This document shows, piece after piece, positions 48,193-58,482 of a DNA stretch of 64,000 nucleotides. How positions within the stretch are numbered: the stretch's first letter is position 1; each line of letters opens with the position of its first letter. The translations under genes and the position numbers were made by a program. The stretch lies in NCBI RefSeq assembly GCF_965230735.1, contig NZ_OZ246016.1, positions 765,194 through 829,193 on the forward strand. Direction: 5' to 3'. This DNA comes from Motiliproteus sp. (lineage in GTDB: Bacteria > Pseudomonadota > Gammaproteobacteria > Pseudomonadales > Balneatricaceae). The notes under the pieces are model-generated. The model had not been told where the DNA came from and searched no databases. It saw only the letters and a list, made by a program, of their open reading frames with translations.

Positions 48193-51129
48193 ATGCCCCA
48201 GACTTTGCCTCCTTCTATTCCCGCCTCCTGCTACGACCTGCTGCCCGCCTCGCTCGCCTCAGAGCTGGAGACCAACTGGCAGCGCTATCAGGATCAGGCG
48301 GACAGCGACCAGTATGAACAACTGCAGGCGTTGCCGGAAGACTTCTGGCAGCAGCTGAGTCGGTGCTGGAGTGGCAGCCTGTTTGTGGTGGAGCAGTGCC
48401 TGAATCGTCCCGAGCTGCTGCCGGATCTGCTGCCCGATCTGGAGCGAAGCTACGACGACGGGGAGTACGCCCGACGACTGGAGCAGATCCTCGCGAGTGC
48501 CGAAACCGAGAATGATCTGCATCGCTGCCTGCGCCAGTTCCGTCACCGTGAGATGAGCCGGATCATCTGGCGTGATCTGAATCGACTGGCCGAGATGGAG
48601 CAGACCACCGCCGACCTCAGCGCGCTGGCCGATGCCTGTATCGATCAGGCGCTGAACTGGCTTTACCGTTGGGCCTGCGACAAGTGGGGCACGCCCCACT
48701 CCCGCGCCCGCGAAGGCCAGCCGGCCCAGCCGCAGCAGATGGTGGTGATCGGGATGGGCAAATTGGGGGCTGGCGAGCTGAACCTGTCCTCGGATATCGA
48801 CCTGATCTTCGCGTTCCCGGAGATGGGGGAGACCGAAGGTGCCCGTCGTTGCCTCGATAACGCCAGCTTCTTCAATAAACTGGGTCAGAAACTGATCCAG
48901 GCGCTGGACCAGCAGACCGCCGACGGCTTTGTATTCCGGGTCGATATGCGCCTGCGCCCCTACGGCCAGAGCGGTATTCTGGTGCCGCATTTTGCCGCGA
49001 TGGAGGAGTACTACCAGGATCAGGGCCGCGACTGGGAGCGCTACGCGATGATCAAGGCGCGGGTGGTGGCCGGTGATCAACAGGCTGGCGCCCAGCTGAT
49101 GGCCGATCTACGCCCGTTCGTGTACCGCAAGTACCTCGATTACAGCGCGTTCGAATCGCTGCGCGAGATGAAGGCGATGATCAACCGCGAGGTGCGCCGC
49201 AAGCAGTTGCACGGCAACGTCAAACTGGGACCGGGCGGAATTCGCGAGGTCGAGTTCGTGGCCCAGGCGTTCCAGCTGATCCGCGGTGGTCGCGACTCTC
49301 GTCTGCAACAGCGGGAGCTGAAAACCATTCTGAGCCTGCTGCCGGATGCCGTAGGCATGCCAGAGCAGGCCGCCGACGAGCTGTATCAGGCCTACCGGAT
49401 GCTGCGAAACGCCGAGCATGCGATCCAGGCGGTCCAGGATCGCCAGACTCAAGAACTGCCCACCGAAGAGCTGGAGCAGACCCGCATCGCCTTCAGCATG
49501 GGCTTTGAGCGCTGGGAAGATTTTATCGCCGAGCTGGAGCAGCAGCGGGCCAAGGTGCGTCATCACTTCGCCGAGGTGATCGCGCCGGTGGATGACAGCG
49601 ACGATGACGAGTCCAACGACGATAGCTGGGCCTTGTTGTGGAAGGGGGAACTGGACGAAGCCAGCGCGGTGGCAGAGTTTAGCGCCCAAGGCTTTGAACA
49701 GCCGGAACAGGCCCAGAAGCTGCTCGACAACCTGCGTAGTAACCGCAAGGTGCTGGCGCTGCAGTCGATCGGCCGGGAGCGGCTAGATCGGGTAATGCCG
49801 TTATTGCTGGAAGCCGTCGCGGGACAGCCGCAGCCGACCCAGACCCTGGAGCGGACCCTGCAGTTGATCGACTCGGTATTGCGCCGCAGCGCCTACCTGG
49901 TGCTGCTGTGGGAAAACCCCGGTGCGTTGGCCCAGCTGGTCAAACTGTGCTCGGCCAGTCCCTGGTTTGCCGAACAGTTGGCCAAACAGCCGATTCTGTT
50001 GGATGAACTGATCGACGTCACCAGTCTCTACGCGCCACCGAATAAAGAGCAGCTGCAGCAGGAGCTGCGTCAGCAGTTGCTGCGGATTCCGGAAGAGGAT
50101 GTCGAGCAACTGATGGAAGCGCTGCGCTACTTCAAGCATGCCCATGTGCTGCGGGTGGCGGCGGCCGAGATCAGCGGTGCGCTGCCGTTGATGAAGGTCA
50201 GCGACTACCTGACCTACATCGCCGAAGTGGTGCTCGAAGGTGCTCTCGATATCGCCTGGCGAATCCTGACCGACAAGCACGGCCTGCCGCAGCAGTCAGC
50301 GGGGGTGCCCTGTGAGCGTGACTTTATCGTGGTCGGCTACGGCAAGGTCGGCGGTCTGGAGCTCAGTTACGGTTCCGACCTGGATCTGGTGTTTATCCAC
50401 GACGGTGCTCTGAACCAGCATACCGACGGCAACAAGCCGATCGATAATCAGGTGTTCTTCACCCGCCTGGGGCAGAAGATCATCCATATCCTCAACACTT
50501 TCACCACCTCCGGCCAGCTCTACGAGGTGGACATGCGACTGCGCCCATCCGGCAACTCCGGAATGTTGGTCAGCTCGCTGAAGGCGTTTCGTGATTACCA
50601 GCTCAGCGAAGCCTGGACCTGGGAGCATCAGGCCCTGGTACGGGCCCGGGTGGTGGCGGGTAGTCCGTCCTTGCAGCAGCGGTTCGAAGAAGTCCGCGCC
50701 GAAGTGCTGTCCCAGCAACGCGAGTTGCCGAAGCTGAGAACCGAAGTGATCGACATGCGCCGCAAGATGCGTGAGCACCTGGGCAGCAGCCAGTCCGATG
50801 ATACCGACAGCGCCGTGTTCCACCTCAAGCAGGACAGCGGCGGCATCGTCGATATCGAGTTTATGGTGCAGTACCTGTCCCTGGCCTATTCCGAGCAGCA
50901 ACCGGCGCTGATCGAGTACACCGACAATATCCGTATTCTGGAAGCCGCCGAGCGGCTGGAACGACTCAGTGTCGAGGATGCCGAGCTGCTGCGTGAAGCC
51001 TATAAAACCTACCGATCCGTGGGCCACAGTCGGGCGCTGCAGGAGCAATCCAGTCTGGTCGATGATCAACAGCTGGGTGAGTTGCGGGCCAAAGTGGCGG
51101 GTATTTGGAAGCAGCTGATGAATGCGTGA
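48193..51129 (+). CDS. glnE: Glutamine synthetase adenylyltransferase / adenylyl-removing enzyme
   Basis: Two NT domains: GMGKLGAGELNLSSDIDL and GYGKVGGLELSYGSDLDL; VDMRLRP twice, WERYA, WEHQAL. Confidence 0.96.
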   Translation: MPQTLPPSIPASCYDLLPASLASELETNWQRYQDQADSDQYEQLQALPEDFWQQLSRCWSGSLFVVEQCLNRPELLPDLLPDLERSYDDGEYARRLEQILASAETENDLHRCLRQFRHREMSRIIWRDLNRLAEMEQTTADLSALADACIDQALNWLYRWACDKWGTPHSRAREGQPAQPQQMVVIGMGKLGAGELNLSSDIDLIFAFPEMGETEGARRCLDNASFFNKLGQKLIQALDQQTADGFVFRVDMRLRPYGQSGILVPHFAAMEEYYQDQGRDWERYAMIKARVVAGDQQAGAQLMADLRPFVYRKYLDYSAFESLREMKAMINREVRRKQLHGNVKLGPGGIREVEFVAQAFQLIRGGRDSRLQQRELKTILSLLPDAVGMPEQAADELYQAYRMLRNAEHAIQAVQDRQTQELPTEELEQTRIAFSMGFERWEDFIAELEQQRAKVRHHFAEVIAPVDDSDDDESNDDSWALLWKGELDEASAVAEFSAQGFEQPEQAQKLLDNLRSNRKVLALQSIGRERLDRVMPLLLEAVAGQPQPTQTLERTLQLIDSVLRRSAYLVLLWENPGALAQLVKLCSASPWFAEQLAKQPILLDELIDVTSLYAPPNKEQLQQELRQQLLRIPEEDVEQLMEALRYFKHAHVLRVAAAEISGALPLMKVSDYLTYIAEVVLEGALDIAWRILTDKHGLPQQSAGVPCERDFIVVGYGKVGGLELSYGSDLDLVFIHDGALNQHTDGNKPIDNQVFFTRLGQKIIHILNTFTTSGQLYEVDMRLRPSGNSGMLVSSLKAFRDYQLSEAWTWEHQALVRARVVAGSPSLQQRFEEVRAEVLSQQRELPKLRTEVIDMRRKMREHLGSSQSDDTDSAVFHLKQDSGGIVDIEFMVQYLSLAYSEQQPALIEYTDNIRILEAAERLERLSVEDAELLREAYKTYRSVGHSRALQEQSSLVDDQQLGELRAKVAGIWKQLMNA

Positions 51130-51242
51130 GTTGAGTCGTGCTTCCCGAAGCCTTTGACCATGCACGCTCGGGAGGCTGTAACAGGATTTAGTTAAATTGA
51201 TGGTGTTGGTTCTAACTCTCTGAGTTTGAGGATAGTTCTTAT

Positions 51243-51460
51243 TGCGCTCACTCGAGTGCGTTCATTTTTGTCGCAACAAAAACGAACCAAAAAATGCTTT
51301 GCCCGATGACTTGGCCCTTCGGGCATTCATTCGGTACATCCCTGTGCCTCACCCTGCGCGCTGATTTAAAAAACGGGCTCAGATGGAAACTCGGCCTTCG
51401 GCCTCAAACAGCCATCATCGCTGATCCGTTCTCCAAACCCGTGCTCGGCTGCGTCAAGGG
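51243..51460 (-). repeat. Structured intergenic repeat-like element A
   Basis: Multiple hairpins (GTTCATTTTTG..ACAAAAACGAAC, GCCCTTCGGGC, GGCCTTCGGCC); minus-strand core TGTTTGAG..CGAAG..GAGTTT shared with element B. Confidence 0.55.
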
Positions 51461-51512
51461 CGGTTGAGGCCGTGCTATTTGCAGTTCCGTTGCCTCAGAA
51501 TAAACACCCACA

Positions 51513-51714
51513 CCCCTTTTGTGCCGGTGAGCATTGCAGTCTGACAATGGAGTAGAGCGATTGATGTTTGAGGGAGCGAAGCGAGTGAGTTCCAATCGCG
51601 GCCATTGGCAGGCGAAACGCGCAACGTAGCCAGCGAAGCTGGCCAAGCAAGCGGGGCCGCCTAGGGTTGTTAGGGAAATGGCGGCGCATTTCCCTAACAC
51701 GCCCGAAAGGGCGT
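51513..51714 (+). repeat. Structured intergenic repeat-like element B
   Basis: Core TGTTTGAG..CGAAG..GAGTTC; hairpins GCCAGCGAAGCTGGC, TGTTAGGGAAATG..CATTTCCCTAACA, CGCCCGAAAGGGCG. Confidence 0.55.
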
Positions 51715-51746
51715 AACTGAAGTTAACTGCGCGCTTTCAACTTAGA

Positions 51747-52499
51747 TCAGGAGCGGCTGACCGGCAATCCCAGTTCATCCTCAAGTGATTTCTGTAACAC
51801 CAGCACCCGCTGGGACTCTTTCAGAATATAGCCGTCGCTCTGCATTCGGGTCAGCACCCGGCTCAGGGACTCGGGTGTCAGTGACAGGTAGCTGGCCAGA
51901 TCCTGTTTCGGCATCGGCAGTTTGATTCGTGGCGAGGTCGAACCGTTACGACGGTTGCGTTCCTGCAGCTGGTACAGGAAGCGCATGACGCGAACCTCAG
52001 CGGGGTCGCTGCGTAGGACTTTCCAGTCCTGCTCGTGCTGTTGGATCGTCATCCCCATTCGCTCGATAAAGCGGCTCTGCAACTTGGGTGCATGTCCGCA
52101 AAGGTCCAGCAGCTCTTTGTAGGGGATTTCACAGATCCAGGTGGTCTCCAACGCGATCAGATCGGTCGGATAGCTGGTGGACCCGATCCCGTCGAGACCG
52201 GCCAGGTCGCCGGGGTGGAAAAAGCCCACCACGGAGGCGCGACCATCGACAGTGACCGTTTCGGCTTTGACGCAGCCGGATTGGATTGAAAAGATCGAGC
52301 GGAACGGATCGCTCTGACGGTAGATGGTATCACCGGCTTGGTAGGGGCCACGCTCCTGGATCAGGTCGCGCATCTCGGCGCCGATTGATTGATCCAAGCC
52401 GAAAGAAAGGCACAGTTTTTCAGCCTGGCAATGCTGACACTGGCGATGGCTATCGACCAGATGCAAGCGAGCCCGGCAGTTTTTATCCTGAGTGGTCAC
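51747..52499 (-). CDS. FNR/ANR-type [4Fe-4S] Crp-family regulator
   Basis: C-x2-C-x5-C (CQHCQAEKLC) plus central TWICEIP cysteine; recognition helix DLASYLSLTPESLSR. Confidence 0.85.
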   Translation of the reverse strand: MTTQDKNCRARLHLVDSHRQCQHCQAEKLCLSFGLDQSIGAEMRDLIQERGPYQAGDTIYRQSDPFRSIFSIQSGCVKAETVTVDGRASVVGFFHPGDLAGLDGIGSTSYPTDLIALETTWICEIPYKELLDLCGHAPKLQSRFIERMGMTIQQHEQDWKVLRSDPAEVRVMRFLYQLQERNRRNGSTSPRIKLPMPKQDLASYLSLTPESLSRVLTRMQSDGYILKESQRVLVLQKSLEDELGLPVSRS

Positions 52500-52529
52500 A
52501 AGGGGCGTCCGTTCTTATTGTCTAATGAA

Positions 52530-52545
52530 AGTGATATATATCACA
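52530..52545. promoter_or_regulatory. CRP/FNR-family palindrome upstream of the FNR-like gene
   Basis: AGTGA-TATATA-TCACA (equivalently GTGAT-N4-ATCAC), 31-46 bp upstream of the ATG. Confidence 0.55.
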
Positions 52546-52869
52546 TCCGAGTTGGCGAAGACGAGTGTTCGGAAGCGTTTTCATCGAAAACTCTTCAATG
52601 TCCGCGTAAGCCGCATGGTTAAAGGGGTAAGCGTTTTCCGGCAAGGTGACTTAAAGCCCCGAATTGATCCAACAACCGGTCCAAAAGGACCGATCATTTT
52701 CCGGGGTGTTGCCGACGAGGGCGCGATCATACGGGAACCAAAACTCCGATTACAGTCTTTATATGATTATTTTTGGAACATCGGAATTTGTGTCCGAACA
52801 GGCTGGCCCCAAGGTGCTCCGAGAAATATAGTCGATATCTGCGAAATGGCATGGGTTGGAGGTCAATAA

Positions 52870-53469
52870 ATGACCGATCACATGATTGAGTCCTGGCAGC
52901 AGCTCCTCGAGGACGTTAAGGCTTGTCGTCAATGCCAGGCCGATCTTCCCTTTGAGCCAAGACCGATTCTGCAGTTTGACCCGCGAGCGAGGATTCTGCT
53001 GGCCGGGCAGGCACCGGGCCGGATCACCCACGAGCGTGGGATTCCATTTGATGATCCCAGTGGTGAACGACTGCGGGCTTGGTTGGGGCTGGATCGACAG
53101 CAGTTCTACGATCCCTCTAAGCTGGCCATTCTGCCGATGGGATTTTGCTACCCGGGTCGTGGTCGTAGCGGTGATCTGCCGCCGCGGCCGGAGTGTGCTC
53201 TACGTTGGCGTGAACCTCTGATGGAGCAACTGACTCAGTTGCGGATGATTCTGCTATTGGGTAAATACGCCCAGGACTACCACCTGCAGGACCGCCGCTC
53301 GTTGTCCGAGCGGGTGGCTGACTGGAAAGAGGCGGCTTCTACCGACCGTCCTCAGATTATCTGTCTACCCCATCCCAGCCCGAGAAATCAGCATTGGATC
53401 AAACAGCGACCCTGGTTCGAAGCCGAGCTGTTGCCCTGGTTGCGCCAGCAGGTGGCGAGCTACCTTTGA
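52870..53469 (+). CDS. Uracil-DNA glycosylase family protein
   Basis: CRQC, GQAPG, PFDDPSGERLR, GFCYPG, LGKYAQ, LPHPSPRN. Confidence 0.88.
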   Translation: MTDHMIESWQQLLEDVKACRQCQADLPFEPRPILQFDPRARILLAGQAPGRITHERGIPFDDPSGERLRAWLGLDRQQFYDPSKLAILPMGFCYPGRGRSGDLPPRPECALRWREPLMEQLTQLRMILLLGKYAQDYHLQDRRSLSERVADWKEAASTDRPQIICLPHPSPRNQHWIKQRPWFEAELLPWLRQQVASYL

Positions 53470-53475
53470 TGGGGC

Positions 53476-56358
53476 TTAAAACGCCTTACTGAAGGACTGT
53501 AGCGCGTCGATGCTGGCCTGAAGCAGCTGGGTCAGTTCGTTTAGCTGCTCGGCGGTTAGCGGTTGGTTTCGGCTGCTGGCTTCAAGGGCCTGACAGCGTT
53601 GATACAGTTGTTCCAGTCCCAGGCTGGCGGCGGAGCCTTTAAGGCTGTGGATCAGATCCGGTTGTTGGTCGGCGTTGTCGTGGCAATCGATCTGCTCCAG
53701 AGTCTTGGGTGCGTTGCTGACAAACAGGTCGATCATCTGCTGCACCGTGGCCGGGCCCAGTTGCTGCAGATCCTGCTCGAGTACCGAGCGCTTGAGCAGC
53801 TCGACATCAGCGAAATCGGAAGCCTGGACGGGCGGTTGCTCGGGTAAGCTCTCCGCCATCCCCATGGCTTTCATGAGGGCCTGGCTCAACGCCTGGCGCT
53901 GGATCGGCTTGGCGATAAAACCATCGAAGTCGGCGGCCAGATAGTCGTCGATCTCCTCTTTGAATACATGGGCGGATACCGCCAGGATCGGCATCGATCG
54001 ACCCTGTTCGGCCAGTTTCGCTTTGAGTTGTGAGCACAGCGCCACGCCGTTGATATCGGGCAGGTTGATATCGACCAGGGCGATATCAAATGGCTGCTGC
54101 GACAGCTGCTGCAGAGCGCTCTGTCCATCGACGCTGCTCTGAACCTGGTGCCCCAGCTGTTGCAGCAAGCCTTCGGCTACTAAGCGATTGATGGGGTTGT
54201 CCTCCACCAGCAATACCCGCAGCCCGGACAGTGCCGGTTCGGAATCTGAAGCAGGCTGAAGGATTGGCTGCTCGTCTGACTGTTGTGGCGGCTCTGCTTC
54301 GCACAGTGGCAGCTCAAACCAGAAACAGCTGCCCTCGCCATGACGGCTGCGTAGTTGTAGATCGCCCCCCATGGCCGCCACCAGACTTTTGCTGATGGTC
54401 AGTCCCAGTCCGGTACCGCCGAGCTGATGGTTGCTGCCGACCTGGGAGAAGGCATTGAAAATATCCCGTTGTCGTTCTTCGGCGATACCGATACCGCTAT
54501 CGGTCACCTCAACCCGCAGCCGGGCCGACTCAGCCTGGGTATTGAGACCGACCTGTAACTGTACCGAGCCCTGTTCGGTAAATTTGATCGCGTTGCCGAC
54601 CAGGTTGGTCAGCACCTGGCGTAGCTTGCCTTGATCGGCGCGAATCCACTTCGGTAACTGCGGATCAACCTGTAGCCGGAGTGATAACCGCTTATGATCG
54701 GCTCGCGGCTGCATCAGCGTGATCAGCTGATTTAGCATCCGGGTCAGCTCGAAATCCTGCTCGCTGATCTCGACCCGGGTCGATTCGACCTTGGAGTAGT
54801 CCAGGATGTCGTTAAGGATATCGAGCAGGTTCTCACTGGAGATCAGCGAGGTGTCGACGTAGGTCCGTTGCTGCGGGTCTAGCGGGCTCTGCTTGAGCAG
54901 CTCCAGGGTGCCGATAACGCCGTTCATCGGGGTGCGGATCTCGTGGCTCATATGGGCCAGGAAGGTGGATTTGGCCCGATTGGCCTGCTCGGCCCGCAGT
55001 TTGGCTTCGGCGTGGGCGGCGGCTTCGTTGTTGAGTTGAAGGTTGGCCTGGGACAGTTCCCGGGTGCGCTGATTGACCTGCTGCTCCAGATCCTGCTTGT
55101 GTTCCCGTAGCTGTTGTTCGAGTTGCTGTCGGGCCAGGATATTCTGGCGGAACACCTCGATGGCACGGGCCATGTCGGCCAGCTCGTCGTTGCCACGCTG
55201 GTCCAGCTCAATCGCCAGATCGCCCTCTGCCAGCCGGTGCAGTGCCTGGGTGCGGTCCTCCAGTCGGCGTACGATATCGCGGTAGACCACCTTCCACATC
55301 AGCAACACCAGCAGCACTAGGGTGGCGATACCGCTGACGATCACCACCCGCTCGCCTTCGATCAACAGCTCATTGAGCCCGTCGGTGGCTTGTCCGATCC
55401 GGCGGCTGCCGTGATCGACGATCGCTTTGACCACCTGGTTGAGGTTGCTGAACAGCTGCTGGTTGCTGTGATCGAGCATCCGCAGTTCCTGATTGACCGC
55501 CAGCCACTGCCGCCTGGCCTCGAAGGGACTTCGCAGCTGCTGGATCTGGCGCAGGGTAGCCTGGGCGCGCTCGGCCCGTTGCGGGTCGGCAATCACTCGG
55601 ACTCGGCGTTGCATCACTTCCAGCACTTGCAGGTACTGCTGCTCCAGCTGATCGATAACGTTGGTGCTGTCCAGCGAGGCCAGCTTGCCGATGTTGTAAC
55701 GCAGCTGATAGCTCTTTTGCAGCAGCTCCGACATCTGTTCGAGCTGGTCGATATCGTCTTCCAGGGTCTGATCCAGCGAGCGGAACACCTGCTCCGGCTC
55801 GACCTGACGATCGACCAGATCATAAACATTCACCAGATTGACGATGGCAATGGTATTGGCGTTGGCGACCTGGGATTGGGTCAGATCGGCGATCTCGCTG
55901 AGCATCTGGTCCAGTTGCTGCAATCTCGAATCGAGCTGCTGCTGATAGGTGATACGGCGGCTGGTCAGTGGTTCGAGCTGGCGCAGGTTGGTCTCGATTC
56001 GTCCCCCCAACTGACGGACCTGATCGAGCTGTTCGGCCGAGAACAGGTGATCCAGATCGGCCCGGAACAGGGTCTGCAGCTCGGCGCTCAATCCGGCCAG
56101 GGCTTTACCCAGGGCGTAACTGTCGGGCTGGCTGTTGGTGGTGCTGAGCAGCTGGGCGGTCTTGGAGATCCCGATATTCAGCTCCGCCAGTTGTTGCGCC
56201 ACCCGCATGGCCGGAATCGCCTCTTCGGAGACCAGCCGCTCTTTGCTGGTCACCTGCTTGAATCCGGACCAGGCGATCAACGACGCCAGCGACGACAACC
56301 CCGCCATCAACAGGAAGGCGTAGAGTAGTTTGCGTGTGATGCCGATCCTTAGGGTCAC
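53476..56358 (-). CDS. torS: TMAO sensor hybrid histidine kinase
   Basis: Large periplasmic domain, [29 protein letters not shown], receiver and HPt (HSLKGSA); divergent from torT. Confidence 0.92.
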   Translation of the reverse strand: MTLRIGITRKLLYAFLLMAGLSSLASLIAWSGFKQVTSKERLVSEEAIPAMRVAQQLAELNIGISKTAQLLSTTNSQPDSYALGKALAGLSAELQTLFRADLDHLFSAEQLDQVRQLGGRIETNLRQLEPLTSRRITYQQQLDSRLQQLDQMLSEIADLTQSQVANANTIAIVNLVNVYDLVDRQVEPEQVFRSLDQTLEDDIDQLEQMSELLQKSYQLRYNIGKLASLDSTNVIDQLEQQYLQVLEVMQRRVRVIADPQRAERAQATLRQIQQLRSPFEARRQWLAVNQELRMLDHSNQQLFSNLNQVVKAIVDHGSRRIGQATDGLNELLIEGERVVIVSGIATLVLLVLLMWKVVYRDIVRRLEDRTQALHRLAEGDLAIELDQRGNDELADMARAIEVFRQNILARQQLEQQLREHKQDLEQQVNQRTRELSQANLQLNNEAAAHAEAKLRAEQANRAKSTFLAHMSHEIRTPMNGVIGTLELLKQSPLDPQQRTYVDTSLISSENLLDILNDILDYSKVESTRVEISEQDFELTRMLNQLITLMQPRADHKRLSLRLQVDPQLPKWIRADQGKLRQVLTNLVGNAIKFTEQGSVQLQVGLNTQAESARLRVEVTDSGIGIAEERQRDIFNAFSQVGSNHQLGGTGLGLTISKSLVAAMGGDLQLRSRHGEGSCFWFELPLCEAEPPQQSDEQPILQPASDSEPALSGLRVLLVEDNPINRLVAEGLLQQLGHQVQSSVDGQSALQQLSQQPFDIALVDINLPDINGVALCSQLKAKLAEQGRSMPILAVSAHVFKEEIDDYLAADFDGFIAKPIQRQALSQALMKAMGMAESLPEQPPVQASDFADVELLKRSVLEQDLQQLGPATVQQMIDLFVSNAPKTLEQIDCHDNADQQPDLIHSLKGSAASLGLEQLYQRCQALEASSRNQPLTAEQLNELTQLLQASIDALQSFSKAF

Positions 56359-56512
56359 CGCGTGCTCCCGGGCCGTTTGGGTTGAGCTTAGTGCTAACAG
56401 GCCCTAGTCTATCGACAATCCCGCTCAGGTTGAAAAGCGATTGCCGGTCGTTTGACGGTGCTCAAACCGCAACCTGTCCGACGGCGGGTCCGGTCAACGA
56501 ACAGGTGCAGAC

Positions 56513-57592
56513 GTGAACAGATCCGCTTGCCATTGGTGGCATCGGTACCGATTTGGGCTGGTAACGATAATCCTGACCGTCATGATGACATCGACGGCGC
56601 AGGCCTGGACGGTGCAATCCCGCCAGCCCCTGTTCCAGTTTGAGCAGTGGCAGCAAGCCCAGATCGAGCCGATCACCACCGCCAGCCGACCCTGGCGCCT
56701 GTGCGCGCTGTATCCCCATATCAAAGACTCCTACTGGCTTAGCGTCAATTACGGCATGGTCGATCAGGCCGAGCGGCTCGGAGTGCAGCTCAAAGCGGCC
56801 GAAGCCGGCGGCTACCACCACCTGGAGCGGCAGTGGCAGCAACTGCAGGCCTGCCTGGACTGGCCCGCCGATGCGATTCTGCTGGGAACGGTGGCGTATC
56901 AAGAACTCAACAGTCGGTTGCAGCAGCTCGATAGCGAGGTGCCGCTGTTCGGGGTGGTGAATGATCTGTCCCGCGATGGTCTGACCGGTCGGGTGGGGGT
57001 GTCCTGGTACCAGATGGGCTTCAAGGTCGGCCGTTTTCTGGCCGAGCGCCACCCGGCCGGGAGCGTACCGGCCAAAGTCGCCTGGTTCCCCGGCCCGAAA
57101 CGGTTGGAAGCCAAATCGGAAGTGGGCAGCGGCATCCGTGATGGGCTGGCCGACAGCGCGGTGACCGAGGTGATCACCGCCGGTTACGGCGACAACGATC
57201 GTGACGTGCAGCGGGCGTTGTTGCAGCAACTGCTTGATCAGCATCAGGATCTGGACTACATCGTCGGCGGCGCGGTGCTGGTCGAGATCGCCATCAATGA
57301 ACTCAAACACCGTCAACTCGACAAACCGCCGCAACTGATCAGCCACTACTATTCCCACGGTATGTACCGGGCGCTGCTGCGGGGCAAAGTGTTGATGGCC
57401 AACACCGATCAGATGGTGCTGCACGGCCGCTTGGCGATCGATCAGGCAGTACGCTATCTGGAAGGGCAGCCGCTAGAGCACGATATCGGCCCGGAGATTA
57501 TCAGCCTGACCCGGGACCGGCTCAGTCCGCAGATCAAGCAGGACTCGCTGTCACCGGCCAGCTTTATGCCGACCTATCGGGTAGAGCCTTAG
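56513..57592 (+). CDS. torT: TMAO reductase system periplasmic protein
   Basis: LCALYPHIKDSYWLSVNYG, EAGGY, VSWYQMG, AWFPGP, YGDND, AIDQAVR, LSPASF. Confidence 0.92.
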   Translation: MNRSACHWWHRYRFGLVTIILTVMMTSTAQAWTVQSRQPLFQFEQWQQAQIEPITTASRPWRLCALYPHIKDSYWLSVNYGMVDQAERLGVQLKAAEAGGYHHLERQWQQLQACLDWPADAILLGTVAYQELNSRLQQLDSEVPLFGVVNDLSRDGLTGRVGVSWYQMGFKVGRFLAERHPAGSVPAKVAWFPGPKRLEAKSEVGSGIRDGLADSAVTEVITAGYGDNDRDVQRALLQQLLDQHQDLDYIVGGAVLVEIAINELKHRQLDKPPQLISHYYSHGMYRALLRGKVLMANTDQMVLHGRLAIDQAVRYLEGQPLEHDIGPEIISLTRDRLSPQIKQDSLSPASFMPTYRVEP

Positions 57593-57786
57593 GCGTTGTA
57601 AAAAGCGGTAACCCAAATAGGTTTTGCCGGGGAATAAAGCAGACTATCGGTACAAACGCTAAGCTATAGTATCGAGACGATAAGTACCCAGCGTGCCGGT
57701 AACAGTATCGGTCCACCCTTCTAAGATCAGGGAGATCACAACGATCAGCAGGGACAGCTTCTTCCAATCATTTTCAATCTTTGGTG

Positions 57787-57928
57787 GCCTAACCATTTGC
57801 CCGTTGGGCGAACTGGGCCTGATAGATGTTGCTGAATCGATGGATGATTTTTCCTTGCTACCTTGGAAGGTAGACCAAGCTTGCAAGGAAGGTCTTCTTT
57901 ACAAGGGCCAAGTATTGAAGTGTTAAGC
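57787..57928 (+). repeat. Leftmost recombination site (degenerate long attC or attI-like)
   Basis: R' GTTAAGC at 57922; candidate R'' GCCTAAC at 57787; inner inverted repeats TTCCTTGC..GCAAGGAA and TACCTT..AAGGTA; L-box spacing non-canonical. Confidence 0.45.
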
Positions 57929-57960
57929 AAATACTCAAATTGACTTTGAGGAGGTAGCTA

Positions 57961-58398
57961 TTGGAATCCCTTAAAATTCTAAAGACAGAAATTGATAGTC
58001 ACATTGAGAGCTTCTCTTCGAAAGCTAACAGGGATAAAGGGAAAACCTTTAGATTTAAATTAGCCACACTAACCCTAACGTTAATTGCTACTCTCGCATT
58101 AGGTATCGAATTTGGGGAAGAGAATAAGGTGCTTATGAAGAATGCAGCTTTTGTATGTAGCGCATTTGTTACTTTTCTGACAGGGCTTGATCTTTATTAC
58201 AATCACAAAGGGCTTTGGGTCCAGTATGTTAAGACTAGAAACCAGTTATACGCACTAAAGTATGAGATAAAAATTTCGGAAGCTCATGAAAAAGATCTGA
58301 ACGAAGATCTCGTGAAAGAGTTCAGCCAGAAGCTTGAGAGAATATTGGAAGAATGCAACAAATGGTGGCTTAAAGAGAGATCGCGAGAAGATGCTTAA
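57961..58398 (+). CDS. Cassette 1: SLATT/DUF4231-like 2TM protein
   Basis: TTG start with GAGGAGG RBS; helix, two TM segments, then NHKGLWVQYVKTRNQLYALK and a helical tail. Confidence 0.75.
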   Translation: MESLKILKTEIDSHIESFSSKANRDKGKTFRFKLATLTLTLIATLALGIEFGEENKVLMKNAAFVCSAFVTFLTGLDLYYNHKGLWVQYVKTRNQLYALKYEIKISEAHEKDLNEDLVKEFSQKLERILEECNKWWLKERSREDA

Positions 58399-58467
58399 CA
58401 AGGCCAAGCAGTGCGTGCCCTTCGGGCACCGGACTCGCTTCGCTCGCCGCTGTTAGCGGCGTTATGC
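58393..58467 (+). repeat. attC site 1 (75 bp)
   Basis: GCTTAAC-AAGGC-CAAGCAG...CTGTT-AGCGGC-GTTATGC; extrahelical G in L''; inner hairpins GCCCTTCGGGC and CGCTTCGCTCG. Confidence 0.9.
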
Positions 58468-58482
58468 GACAAAAGGAACCGC

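Noticed and set aside
51404-51700. Short ORFs in the glnE-FNR intergenic region (51404-51700, 51495-51689)
   Set aside because: No RBS or protein-like features; they simply traverse the hairpin-rich repeat elements.
52492-52869. 125-aa ORF between the FNR-like and UDG genes
   Set aside because: No recognisable motifs, and it spans the apparent divergent promoter region; probably spurious.
57590-57960. Integron integrase (intI) or remnant upstream of the cassettes
   Set aside because: The short ORFs here (57659-57886 minus, 57693-57926 plus) show no tyrosine-recombinase motifs.
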